Positions 10,173 to 24,481 of a stretch of DNA of 64,000 nucleotides are shown here, piece by piece (position 1 is the stretch's first letter; each line of letters opens with the position of its first letter). A program made the translations under genes and the position numbers. The notes beneath the pieces were generated by a model, which ran no database searches, had not been told where the DNA came from, and saw only the letters and a program-made list of their open reading frames with translations. Where the stretch lies: assembly GCA_012295275.1 (NCBI GenBank), contig CM022667.1, positions 15,810,001-15,874,000 on the forward strand, read 5' to 3'. The DNA is from Chrysomallon squamiferum (Eukaryota > Animalia > Mollusca).

Positions 10173-13100
10173 GGCGTATTTCACAGTATTTGGATACAGA
10201 AGAAATTAGTGTTATACATGTATGAAGGTTCAGTATTATTTTTATCTTCATATTTAAATAGCAGTTATCGTTGACGTCAACACGACATGAATTACTGCAG
10301 GATTGTTTTATCTTTCTTTTTAATAAATAAAAAAAAATCTGTAAATAAATAAAAACGGAAAATAATTAATGAGAATGTAAGTAAATAAATAAATAAGTAA
10401 ACAAATAAACAAACCTATTTATAACTAATGTATTAAGGTTCAGTATTATTATTATCATGTTTAAATAATAGTATTGTTGACGTGTTAATGGACTAAATAC
10501 AGTTTTGTTAAGACAGATGTTTTATTTTCACCTAGCCATTGCTCTGATTTGTTTGCCGTCAACATCACGTGAATTACTGCAGACTTGTTGCATCATTCAT
10601 TCTGTCAACTGTTGTATTTCTAATAATAAACAAATCTACAAAAAAAAAAAAAAAAAAAAAAAAACACGATAAAAACAAGCAAATAAGAATAAATGCGAAA
10701 GTAAATACATATATAAATAGATAGATACATAAATAAGTAAACAAACAAGTAAATAAATAAATAGATAGATAAATAAACAAACCATTTTGTAACTGATACC
10801 CGAGAAATTATTATGCTTCTTTTTCTTTTGTTTGTTTGACATTATTTGTATGCATGTCTGTGTTCTATTCTCGTTCACTAAGACGCTCAGAATGATTCCA
10901 TTTAGAAAAAAAAAAATGAATATGTTTTATATCTTATTAATTGTCAGAAGTATTTGAGACAGCAACAACAACAACAAAACTAACAATAATAACGTATATT
11001 TGATAGTATATTTGATCCCGGTAGGAATAAGTACAACTAATACATTTTGAAAAACCAAACACGCTATAATAATAATATACATAGAAAATAAAAAAATAAA
11101 AAATAAAAAACTAATATGCAGAATATACATATAATATATGGATTTAAGGATAAGATATCTAGCCCTTATCCTTAACGTCAGTATAATTTGTGTTTATGAC
11201 AAACATAAAAAAAGATTCAGTGGATCTGAATAACTTTCAAATGACTGACTGATTCTTTTTCCTCTTATTCAAGTATAGAGAGCATAAAGCTCTAACATAG
11301 AAATGGGGACGAAGGCGTTAACATAAGTACGTGACATACTATAAGAAAAATAATTTTATGGGAAAACATTAACTTAGTTCACGCTCCTTTTCAACGAGAC
11401 CCTTAATAAAACAGTAATCTCTATTGTCAACCGTTTTTTAACTTTCACATATTCTTTAAACCATAAACTTGTTTTCAAAGTATTAACGAATTCAAAGCAT
11501 TTGTTATAACTGAAAATAATAGTTGTAAATTTTGCTCTGTGACTGCAACACAAATGTAAATCGTTATAAATTCTTTAAATCATAAAATGACACTTCGGAC
11601 CAAAAGAATAGCATAACTTTTAGAATGAGTTAGAACGGTAGAATAATAAAAATGTCGCTTAATGAGAAAAAACCGTAACGGGCGTTTCTTAAGTTATGCA
11701 TATATTAATGAGTGTCTATGTTTTGTTCTATTTGATTTCCCTTTATAGACTGCACATTTTGTTTTTCTTTTTTTAATTTATTTATATTATTCTGTTTTAA
11801 TTGAGTATTTTAAAATTTCTTTTATTTATTTATTTATTCTTCTCTTAAAGCGTTTTGTATTCAGCGAACAACAAGAGCAAACATTGCTTTTATTCTTAAC
11901 TGGAAAATAAGAAATCAAACAGAAAACGAATAGCAACAAGAACAAAAAAAACACAAAAACTAAGCACATCTATTATACATTACAGATCACTCAGACGGAT
12001 AACCGCAGCAATACGTTCTTCACGTGATTTGCCGAGTCCTTACAACCTTGGCCGTATCAGATTTATTAAAATTATTTATAGACCACGTGGCACACTGACA
12101 TACATTCTTCACGTTTTAGCTTGAAATATATACCATACTGATCCTTTTTTCTTAAATGAAAGATTCACGAAAATTAGTTCATTTTTTTTCTGCTCTGTTT
12201 TTTTCAGTCAGCAATTCAGTTGAATATATCAAAAATCTGTAATAACCAGTAATCGTGTTGTAAACCATCTTTCCACTATCACACATTTTTTGAACTATTA
12301 AAGAATTCAAACATTTGTTAGATATGAAAATAATGAGAAAAAAATCTCGAATTCTTTGAATCTAAATTTATACTGTTTATGTATGACATTAGTGGCGTTT
12401 GCTTTTACTTTAAAAATTATTTTATTTATTTATTTAATATATTTTATTATTGTTTTTAATGAGCAGTAGGTAGAATGGTACAAACATATTAAGAGTATCT
12501 AATAGCTTAGTGAATATGATCGTTCAATTGTTTTCCAGTGTTTTACTCTGTGACTGCAACAAAAATGTAAATCATTATAAATTCTTTAAACCATACAATG
12601 ACACTTCGGACCAAAAGAATAGCACATCTTGTAGAATGAGATAGAACGATAGAATAATAAAAATGTCGCTTAATGAGAAAAACCCGTAACGGGTTTCTTA
12701 AGTTATGCTTATATTAATGGGTGTCTATGTGGTTTTCTTTCTATTTATCTTTCCAGATTTTTTTCAGTTTTAATTTATTATTTTTAAATTTCTTTCATTT
12801 ATTTATTCATTCTTCTATTAAAGCATTTTGGATTGAACGAACAACAGAAGGAACCTTGCCTATATTCTTAGCTCTAAAAAAATACAAAATAAACAACAAA
12901 AAAAAGAGAAAAATACAAATGACCCCAGCAGTTACATAAAAGAAATGAAATCTGAATCATAAACACATTTAACAGTAAACGTGTGTTCGTCGATTAGCCA
13001 ATTTGTTTACTTTGATTAATAATCAATCATATAATTTTAAATCAGTGTTAATGTATTCACATTTATTACGTATCACAGATCAGTCACCTGTAGAACTGCA

Positions 13101-14492
13101 GCAATGCGCACTTCACGTGATTTGCCGAGTACTTGCAACCTTGGCCGTATCAGATTTATCAATCAGTTTATAGACAATATGTCACACTGACATACATTCT
13201 TCACGTTTTAGCTTGAAATATATAATATACTGATCCTTTTTACTTAATTGAAAGATTCATGAAAATTAGTTCTTTGTTTCTTTTGCTTTTTTTCAGTCAG
13301 CATTTCATATGAATACATTAAACATCTGTAATAACCAGTAATCCTGTCGTCAACCATCTTTCAACTATCACACATTCTTTGAACTATTAATTTGTTAGAT
13401 ATGAAAATAATGGGGAAAAATCTTAAATTCTTTGAATCTGAATTTATACTGCTTATGTTTGACATCAGTGACCTTTACTTTATTTTATTTATTTATTTCA
13501 TTTATTTTATAATTATTTTTAATGAGCAATGGGTAGAATGGTACAAACATCTTAAGAATATCGAATAGATGAGAAACAGCTAAGTGAATATGACTGTTCA
13601 GTTGTTTTCCAGTGTTTTACTCTGTGACTGCAACAAAAATGTAAATCATTATAAATTCTTTAAACCATAAGATAACACTTCGGCCCAAAAAAATAGCATA
13701 ACTTTTAGAGTGAGTTAGAACGGTAGAATAATAAAAAATATCCCTTAATGAGAAAAAACCGTTACGGGCATTTCTTAAGGCTTGCGTATATTAATGCATT
13801 TTTATGTTTTTTATTTATGTTTTTTATGTTTTGTTCTATTTGATTTGGCTTTATTCGGCGTATTTCACAGTATTTGCATAGAAAAGAAATTAGTTTTATA
13901 CATGTATGAAGGTTCAGCATTGTTATTATTATCATGTTTATATAGTAGTTATTGTTGACGTTAACATGACATGAATTACTGCAGAACTGTTCCAGCTTTG
14001 ATCCTGTTATTTGCTGTATTTGTAATAATAAAAAAATCTATGAAAAAAAAAGAAACAATAGAAGAATCAATGAGAAAGCAAGTAAGTAAGTAAGTAAATA
14101 AGTAAGTAAGTAAGTAAATAAATAAATAAAAAACCAACAAATAAACAAACCAATTTATAGCTAATGTATTAAGTTTCAGTATTATTATTATTATCATGTT
14201 TAAATAGTAGTATTGCTTGACGTATTAATCAACCAAAGACATTTTTGCTACGACTGTTTTATTTACATCTAGCCATTACTCTGATTTGTTTGCCGTCAAC
14301 ATCACGTGAATTACTGCAGACTTGTTGCATCATTCATTCTGCCAGCTACTGTATTTGTAGTAATAAACAAATCTATAAAAAAATAAACAAGCAAATAACA
14401 ATGAATGAATAAGTAAATAAATAAATAAATAAGTAAACAAACCAAGCAACCAATTAACCAATAGAAAATAAATAAAATAAAATAAAATAAAA

Positions 14493-14531
<39 letters not shown>

Positions 14532-16050
14532 ACAAACCAATTTATAACTAATCCAGAGAAATTATTATGGTTCTTTTTCTTTTGTATATTTGACATTATC
14601 TGTATGCATGTCTTTGTTCTGTTCTCGTTCACTAAGACGCTCAGAAAGTTTATATATATATTTTTTAAATTTTATTATTATGTTTTAAATCTTATTATTT
14701 GTTAGAAATATTTGAGAAAGCAGCAGCAACAACGACAACAATAATAACGCATATTAGATAATATTTTGATTAATTTCCTACAAATATCTTATCCCTGTAT
14801 GTTTTAAATACAACTAATACAAAAAGCCCCCCCCAAAAAAACCCCCAAAACCCAAAACAAACACACTATAAGAACAAACATAAAAAAAAAGAGGAAAATT
14901 AAGAAAATAATAATAATAATAATAACACGACAGAATATATATTTTTTATCTTTCTTTCTTATTTTCTTTTCTCTAAATCGATATCTAACCTTTATGCTTA
15001 AGTGCAGGATAATGTGTGTTTATGGCTAACTTAAATAAAAATTCAATGGATCTGAATACCTTTCAAATGACTGCCGGATTCTTTTACCTCTTATTCTAGT
15101 ATATAGAGCATAAAGTTCTAACATGGACACGGGAAGGAAGGACGTTAATATAAGTACGTAACATACTACAAGAAAAATGCTTAGTTAGAAGACATTAACT
15201 TAGTTCAGGTTCCGTTAAAACGAATCTCTTAATACACCAGTAATCGCTATTGCCATTTATTCCTTGAACCATACAACTTGTTTTCAACTATTAATGAATT
15301 TAAAGCATTTGTTAGAACTGAAAATAATAATCTTAAAACCACGTAACGCGAAACAAAAAATTAAATCTTTATAAATTCTTTAAACCATAAAATGACACTT
15401 CGGAGCAAAAGAAGAGCATAACTTTTAGAATGAGTTAGAAAGGCAGAATAATTAAAATATCGCAAAATGAGAAAAAAACGTTACGGGCGTTTCTTATTAC
15501 TGCATTTCTATATTTTGTTCTATTTTTCCTTTATAGCTTGAGACATTTTTTTTTTGTTTTTTTTTTTTATTTCAGTTTTAATTGATTATTTCTAAATTTC
15601 TTTTATTTATTTATTTATTCTTCTCTTAAAGGAAACCTTGTCTTTATTCTTAACTGTAAAGAAAAAGAAAAACAGAATAATAAGAATCAGAATTTTTTTT
15701 AATAACCTCCCCCAGCAATTACATAAAAAAGATGAAAATTGAAACATAAACAAAATCAAACATGTCGATTAGTCAATTTGATAAGGTTGATTAAAAATGA
15801 ATCATGCATCTTTAAACCAGTGTTAAACTATGCACGTTTATTATGTTTCTCTGGTCACTCAGCTGGACAAATGCAGCAATGTGCGCTTCACGTGATTTGC
15901 CGAGTACTTGCAACCTTGACCGTATCAGATTTATCAATGAATTTATAGACAGCATGTCACACTGACATACTTTCTTTACGTTTGAAACATATACCATACT
16001 GATCCTTTGTATTAGATAAAATACTCACGAAAATCAGTTTTTTTTTTCTT
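10173..16050. repeat. Nested degenerate direct repeats (~3.7-kb, ~1.0-1.1-kb and ~0.3-kb periods), unit 1
   Basis: GGCGTATTTCACAGTATTTG at 10173 and 13857. CACTTCGG anchor at 11591, 12602, 13676, 15396. TCACGTGATTTGCCGAGT at 12020, 13113, 15888. GAATTACTGCAG occurs in pairs ~0.3 kb apart. Confidence 0.85.
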
Positions 16051-16167
16051 TGTGCTTTGTTTTCAAAAATCTGACAGCGCACAATCGTTCTGTTTACCTA
16101 AGTGCACATAAGTCAGCGAGTGATACAGACCATGTAGTCACAATATTAAAACATATTTTACTCATTT

Positions 16168-16215
<48 letters not shown>

Positions 16216-16239
16216 TTTGTATATATCTATGTATGTATG

Positions 16240-16278
<39 letters not shown>

Positions 16279-16555
16279 TATTTAACTAATACGTTTACAC
16301 ATTCATAAACGATTGTTACCATGACACTGCACTTGACTTTATTTGTAAACATTTAATTCTTAAACGTGTGACCAGAGTTATTTCCTTCCAGTTTCCTGGT
16401 TCAAACCGGTGACAGGTGTATGCAGGTTTCATTTTCTCAACGAAATTCAGAGAATGATTGTGCAAAGATAAAAATATGAGACACATATGAAATTGGAAAT
16501 AAGAACTTAGAAAGGATAATGATAATGAAACAGACACAGACCATAGACACAAGAG

Positions 16556-16655
<100 letters not shown>

Positions 16656-17973
16656 ATTCTTTATGTAATCCACGTTATTACGTTTCAGTGTATTATGATA
16701 GCTATACACCTCTACCAGATTATCAACGAGCGTGAAGTAGGCTACAGTACGGAGATGTGTAGAGGAATGTTTACAATATCTGTCTATCTCCAGTTTTTTT
16801 TAACTGTTTGTCTGTACTGTATGTATATTTGTCTGCCTGTCTCTTCATCCATTGTCCTGTATTAATCCATTAATCACTCTGTATCAGTCCCTCAGTCTAT
16901 CTTTCTATCTGTTTCTCTCTGTCTGTCCATTTTTCTATATTTATCAATTTATATGTATCAGTAATTACATGTGTGTGTTTCTGTCTCCTTGTCAAAGTGT
17001 TTCTATATTTTTCTCTCTGTCTGTACATCTATTTGTCTGTCTCTCTTGTACTTCCATTACTTTCTAATTCTATTTTTGTTGTGTGTTAGTGTATCTGTCT
17101 GAGTCCGTGTGTTTGTATGGGTGTCTGTGTATGATATACAAGTAGTAGGAAATGTAGGTTCATGCACTGAACAGGTGTCAAAATACAAATATAATTACTA
17201 TTTTTATTACAAAATATATTTTTTATAAATGTGTTTATATGTTTAAATAAAACTGGTAGCGGTGGAATGAAAAATTTCAACCAAGAATCTTTTTTTTTTT
17301 TTGTTGTTTATTGATTGCAATGTTTTAGGACGGCACTGCCATTTGAAGACTGAATTTTCTATCTACCAGTTCTAACGTGATGAAGTGGAAATGATATCAC
17401 ACCACGTTACCCGTCAAGATTTATAAATTTATTTTTCTACCAGAAGCTGTATTAACATTTGTATTTTTTTCTCATCATTTTTGACATCAGAGGAGCTACG
17501 CAGACCTGGTCTAGACAGATATTCACATTGATGTGTATATTACATCCAAGAGGGATGACTGTGGTATGTCACAAAGTCCAGTTAAGAACTTTGCTGACAG
17601 TTAACCAACTGATGGGTTGCTACTTACTAAATTATTTCCTACAGCCAATAAAAGTAACAATGGTCTAAGCAATACAGTTTTCAAATTGTTATACAGATAA
17701 ATATCATTTTACTAAAAACATAAATTATACATATATTTGGTTTTGCGTCTCTTCTTTTCCTCTTTTTACTTCCACTTTTACTTTTTCTCTTCATTCTTTA
17801 ATTCTGTTTTGCTTCTTCTAATTTCTTTTTCTTCTATTTTTTCTTCATCATTCTTTTCTTTCTTCAGAGTCTTTTCCCTCTGTTTCTTGTTCTTTTTCTT
17901 TCACTTCATCTTCTTCTTTAAGGTGTGTTAATTATGCATTACAGAAACAGTCACACATACCTACACGCGCGCG

Positions 17974-18006
<33 letters not shown>

Positions 18007-18823
18007 CACAGTGTTTTGCATATTTTTATGACACCAACTTGCCCATAATATTTACCTTCACTTACTTAGGTAGATAAATACGTATTTCGTTATACTGAAT
18101 AACAGAAAGACTGACAATTTTCACGCATAGACACACACATGCACGCACAGATTGATAGATAGATAGCTAGATAGATAGATGTAATTTCTCGACATATTGC
18201 CTGAAATGAAAGATGCATCATTTATTTTGCCTGTAGAACAACAACAAAAAAAGACAACAAAAAAAACCCCAAACAACAAACAAAAGCCGAACTGTAAGGA
18301 CGCTCGCACCTGAGCGATATCATTAAGAAGGCTTAAGAGTAAATAAATAAATAAATAAATAAACAGACGCTTGTAGACTACTGATAGACGTTGGACCCGA
18401 CAGTTTACGATAGCGAAATCGAGTTCGACAGATGACATCTTCAACTCTAAAAACAGAACACACGTAAATAGACCGTTAATAGAACTGGGCCAGACTTTTG
18501 TGGGAATTTCACTGTTACCACTTTTTGGTGATGGAAGTTATGTTAAGTTAGATCGTGAATCGGTGATTAAGCATGCATGTATATATGTTTGTATGTTCTG
18601 ATGTGTTTCTGTGTGTATATATATGTATGTATATGGTTGTATGCTTATATGTATGTATGTATGTGTGTATGTATATGTATGTATGTATAAATCTGTTAAT
18701 GCATGGATGAATAATAGATGGACTTAAATAATGAATAATATTATAAATAATTCTGTGTGTGTGTGTGTGTGTGTGTTTGTTTTCTGGGAGGGCTAGGTTG
18801 TAACATGGATTATAATGGGAAAC

Positions 18824-18858
<35 letters not shown>

Positions 18859-19834
18859 GACGCGATGATGACATATTATTTCAGTTGAAATTAGTTGTGT
18901 CATGATCTGGCGAATGGCGGAATAACGTGAGAGTGACAGAAAGGTGAGCGACATTACACCAGTATATTCTGATATGTTTGTATCTGTCTTCTTGTATGTC
19001 CGTACGTGCGTTTTACTTAAGCATATAAGATGACTGTATCAAAGATTTTAACGAGCCAATTGGAAATTTCCATATATGAACTTTCAAACTGGATTTTTAC
19101 TGGGAGAATCCAATGGCCTACTTTTATTTTTCAATCAGGAGCGTCTCACAGTCTTTTCACGTGATCACATAGGTAAATAATAATACCCAAACAATAAAAA
19201 AAAAAAAAAAAAACAACAACAAAAAAAACATTGTTCATCAAATGAAAAAAAAAAAAAAGGTGGAATCTGTCTCCTAGTGGCAACAAGAAATGAATTTGTG
19301 ATGAGAGTGTAAAGAATTTAAGAAGAAGAAAAAATCTGTAGTCTCACAGTTGACAATGTCTGTTGTATAGGTGTCAGTTGTTCGTTCGTGTGTATGTTTG
19401 TGTTGTAACTTTATATAGTACTGATGGCAAATAAGAGTTTTTGTTTAACGTTGTGAAATTTGCTGTATCATAATATTATAGACAAAGGAAAAAAAAATAC
19501 ATAGCTTAGTAATAATGATGACGACGATAACGAATACCTTAATTTTCTTGATGAAATCAGATGTGACTGTTCAGTGATTTGGTGCTTTATTTATAATTAT
19601 AGCTGCAAGCAAGATTCATAAAATATATCACATTGTTGTATTGACTAAATATTCATATAATTAAGCAATAACGTACGTTAAATACCACTGTATGTTAGTA
19701 ACCTCAACATTTGGCGAATTTTTATTAGCTTCATATTCTAACAGTACAAGAGACATTGCATTTCTTCTTTAAAGAACATGTTGTTGTACGAGTGAATGAT
19801 CTTATTAAATTATTTATTTTTCGAGTTATTATTT

Positions 19835-20034
19835 NNNNNNNNNNNNNNNNNNNNNNNNNNNNNNNNNNNNNNNNNNNNNNNNNNNNNNNNNNNNNNNNNN
19901 NNNNNNNNNNNNNNNNNNNNNNNNNNNNNNNNNNNNNNNNNNNNNNNNNNNNNNNNNNNNNNNNNNNNNNNNNNNNNNNNNNNNNNNNNNNNNNNNNNNN
20001 NNNNNNNNNNNNNNNNNNNNNNNNNNNNNNNNNN
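19835..20034. other. Assembly gap (200 N)
   Basis: N run. By comparison with unit 2 it stands in for ~1.5 kb (about 41643-43150). Confidence 0.99.
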
Positions 20035-22088
20035 ACGCACACTCACACATATAAAACATGCAATGTCTCTCCTGTTCCATTTGCAAACGTAGTTCCGAAA
20101 ATACATAAACATACATAGAAAAATTCAAACATTTTATATATTTTATAAGTGAATGTAATTTAATTGCTCCTTATTAATCACTCAAATACAGACATCCTAT
20201 CAGGAATACAGATATTATTAACATTGCTCTTAATAAATTACTTTGTATGATGATGTGAAAGTATTTTTTTAAGATCAGAACAACAGTGAAATTCTTAAAA
20301 GAAAATGTGTACAATGCTTACTTTTCATGTATCAATTCAAATTTATTGACCGTACAGGAACATGAATTAAAGACGATGTCCACAAATTTAATTTTTTCAA
20401 GTGCCTAATTTCAATTCAGATTTCATGTATATATTTAAAACAACAAAATATTTTTGCTTAAATTATGAATCCTTTCTGAGATTCAGTTTTAGATATTATT
20501 TTTTAATTAAATTATTTAAAATATCTAAAAGCATAAAAAATATATCAGTTTTATTTAACGGTGGACATGGATCAAATTACAATGCAATATACAGTTAAAT
20601 CAGACCTATCCTATTTAGTTTAAATCACAGCTTACGATAAAGCTTATCTATGTAAATCTACTGGCGCGAAGAGTAGTTATTTATTTCTGTGAACTGGAAG
20701 AGACAGGCTGTGATAAAACTAGATTAAAATAATAATAATGAAAAAATACATAATGAAAATACAAAATACAGTCACAGCGAATTCAAAAAGGGGAAAAAAT
20801 TAAAATTAAAAAAGAAAGAAAAAAGAATAAAATAAATAAGTAGGGACTTTGGATTTTTGTTCAAATTAACATTTTAAAACTGACACTTTCTGCAACATCA
20901 TCTCTCTCTTCCTTTTTTTTTTTTTTTCTTCTGGAAACATTCGTGACATAAAACAAATATGGGTATAAATTGTCATCTGGCTTTTTTAGCGTAATCATTC
21001 GATGTACATTTCTATGCTCGAAGGCAATGATTTTTCCAAGCTGCTCAAGCCTTGAAATATTGTTTAATTACGGATAAATCCATTATACTAAAAACAAAAT
21101 TCTGGCTAAAGCTTTACACAATTAGTATCAAAGAAATTACAGAAAAAAACATCTGCTGTTAAATTGGCTTAGTCTGGAAGGTATGATAACAAATTTTTTG
21201 TTGCTGTTTTTTTTTTGAAATTCTAATTTATAACTGATTAGCTTTTCCTTTATTTTAACAGGCAACAAATTATTTTTCAAAACTTTCTGTTATAATTATA
21301 ATTGTTTCTTTAATTATCAAAATATTTTTTAAATTTTTCTAATCATTTCTTACTCGTATAATACTATGAGTATTATATATTATCTAACTTTATAAACTAA
21401 AAACATTTCTCTACTAAGTTTTATAGATTTTTAAAATCTTTCTTCCTCTTTACGTGTTTTGCTTTTCTATTTATTTGTATTAATTAGACTCTTAATTACT
21501 GTTGTTCATTATTTTTCAATGGGGACGTTCATTCGCTATTAATTATTAATGATATAATGCTGTTTAGGAAGTGAAAAAAATTACGAAGCGTTTGCATTCC
21601 AAATTAATTTAAAATTTTGTTTTAAATTCTTTTTTAATTTTCGTATAAAGATTATTTTTCTCATTTTTATTTCAAAATTTATAAATTTATCCAGCGAGAA
21701 GGTTCTTCAAGAACCGTAAAGTATGAAATAATTATAACAGTTATACAATGATAACCAGCGGGCAACAACACACATGTATCAACAACCTAAAACTCACTGC
21801 TGCAGGGGTTTTTAACTGTATGTAAAACATTATTTTGTGTGCGTGGATTATATTAATTCTTACAGATTTTTCATGTTTACTCCTTATTTATTTATTTATT
21901 TAATACTTTAATTACTAAATTATTTATTATAATTTCAAAAGAATGCCATGAACAAAAAGCCATGAACTTTAATTTTCTACAGTATTTTCTCCGTATTTTA
22001 TTTATTACTTTAATTTTTCTAGACTATTTTTCTCGTATTTTATTTATTACTTTAATTTTTCAATTTTTCTCGTATTTATTTTTTTTAA

Positions 22089-22121
<33 letters not shown>

Positions 22122-24407
22122 TTTTTTTTTGTTGTTGTTGTTTTACCATGCGACGAGAGGGAGAGATTATTTGTGCCGTGTACTATATTCGTTTTTTAAA
22201 TCTTTTATTTATTTATTTATGTATTTAATTATTTTTGTAATTTATTTGTTTGCTTATAATTTATAATAAAATACCATGGATTAAAACTGACTGTCCTTTG
22301 AGTTTTTATTTCCTATGGACAAAATATTTTGTGCCATGGATTATATCAATTTTTTTTTTTTTATTTATTTATTTATTCATAATTCGAAACAACATTTTTT
22401 TATTTTTCATTTTATTTCAGCCTTGACTTCCAATAGGAATGTTATAATTATTTTTAAAAACTGATTTACTCTTTCATACTTTTTTTGAGTAAAATTATAT
22501 TTTATCTGTATAACAATTTGAAAACTGTTTTGCTTAGACCATTGTTAATATCACTGGCTGTAGAAAATAATTTAGTAAAACCAAGCTTTAGATTGGTTGA
22601 TTGTCAGCAAAATTTTGTCTCACCTTTTCTCTCTCTGTCTCGTTGTCCGCACACATATATAAATCATACAATGTCTCTCTCGTTCAGTAGTAGACATATA
22701 TTCCTAAAACTACATAAATTTACACAGAAAAAAATTCGTACATTTTGTACATTTTATAAATGAATGTAATTGCTCGCTATTAGTGACACAGAAATGCAAA
22801 TATCAGTATTATTAACATTCTCCAGACTTCACTCTATTATGATGTGCAAAAGTATTTTTACAAACTTTAGTAACAGTGACATTTTTAAAAAAATAAAAAC
22901 GTACAATTTGCCTTCCATATATCCAGTTCAAATTACTGACCATTACAGAAATATAAATTAAAACAGAAAATATTTATCTTTATAATTTAAATCCTTAAAT
23001 TACGATCAGATAAAGGAATTAAAACCATAAACATATCAGTTTTATTTAACAGTTCATGGATCTAAGTTACAATGTAATATACAGTTAAATCAGAACTATC
23101 TGTCAGTTCAAATCCTGGCTTACGATAAATTTAGATGTAAATCTACGATCAGTAAAACTATTTATCGCTGGTGTGACTCTCTTCTGACTGCATATCCCTG
23201 ACTATCTGACTATGCGTAAACACGTAGAAATATGCGCGCAACATACGCAGCCTAGATGCACACATACCTGCTCTGCTGAACACGCTAACTCCACGCACAA
23301 AATTATATTGCTTGTTTTTTTATGACTATTTTCTGCTTGATGATTAAAAATGAAACAATGAACAACTATATTTTGCTGATGTTTACATTCTTAAACGAAG
23401 CTATTTTTACAATTAATCCTATTTACGTTACTGTTGAAAAGAGTAGACAAATTATATTTAGAAACGTTAATCCTTTAATCACATAATTATACAGCCATGC
23501 TACATTTATCTTCAAATGCACAAAAATGTAGAACTGACAGAAAAGAACAAATTATTTAAAATATTTAACACTTGTCTAATTTGGGCATGGATTCAATTTC
23601 AGTTTATTTTTAAGTCGAATAGACTTATAATGAATTATTAGATTTGACAACCGGGTCTTTTTCAAAAGACACATTCTGAATATATATATAGATATAGATA
23701 GATGGAGTAAATAGATAGATAGATGAACAGATACATGGAATATACTGCTGTTAATAATTAAATGCCGACCTGTTGTTAAACAACTATTATTTAATTTCTT
23801 ATTAGTTCGAATTTCAGATTAACAAAAGCGTATTGGTAGTGCGTCTGTAGTTGTAGAGTACAAAATCTAATTACACTCTTTTCCCTCTCTTTTTCTTACC
23901 ACCATCTGTGTCAAGCACAATGGAAGGGGCGAAATCCGAGAAATTACTAGGTAAATTTCGATTTATTTTTCTTTTAATTTAACCTGTTTGGTAATCAAGT
24001 TTTCTTTAAGACAATAAAGCATATAAGTGTTTAATAAAACAATTTATATATCAATATATCACGAGTAGTTGAAACAATAATTTTGAATCCGTAAAAATCT
24101 GTTGCATGGTTGCCTCACGTCCCTCAGAGAAACGACATCTGGTGACCTCGGCTAAGCACGGTTAATAACCACCGGCACGCTAACCGATATTTATTCCACT
24201 ACTTTGGACTGAAAATTTAAAGCGATCTGTTCGTTTTCTGTTCGTAACGTCCAGCTGTGTACAGTTTTAAAGCAACTGACCCTTTATATGTTTTTAAGTA
24301 AATATGACCTAATTACAGTTCAACTTCCTTGCCTTCTTAGCTCCATCGAGGGACACAAGACGGTCATATTTATAATGTTAAAATCAAACACACACCGGCA
24401 GGCACAC

Positions 24408-24481
<74 letters not shown>

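Noticed and set aside
11538-15500. Regularly recurring motifs with short palindromes, superficially CRISPR-like
   Set aside because: Period is ~1 kb, intervening DNA is also homologous, no cas genes, and the context is eukaryotic.
18121-18444. Minus-strand ORF MSSVELDF... recurring in three units
   Set aside because: Runs through microsatellites, is frameshifted in unit 3, and differences are mostly non-synonymous.
19731-20128. ORFs spanning N runs (also 56019-56291)
   Set aside because: Artefacts of translating assembly gaps.
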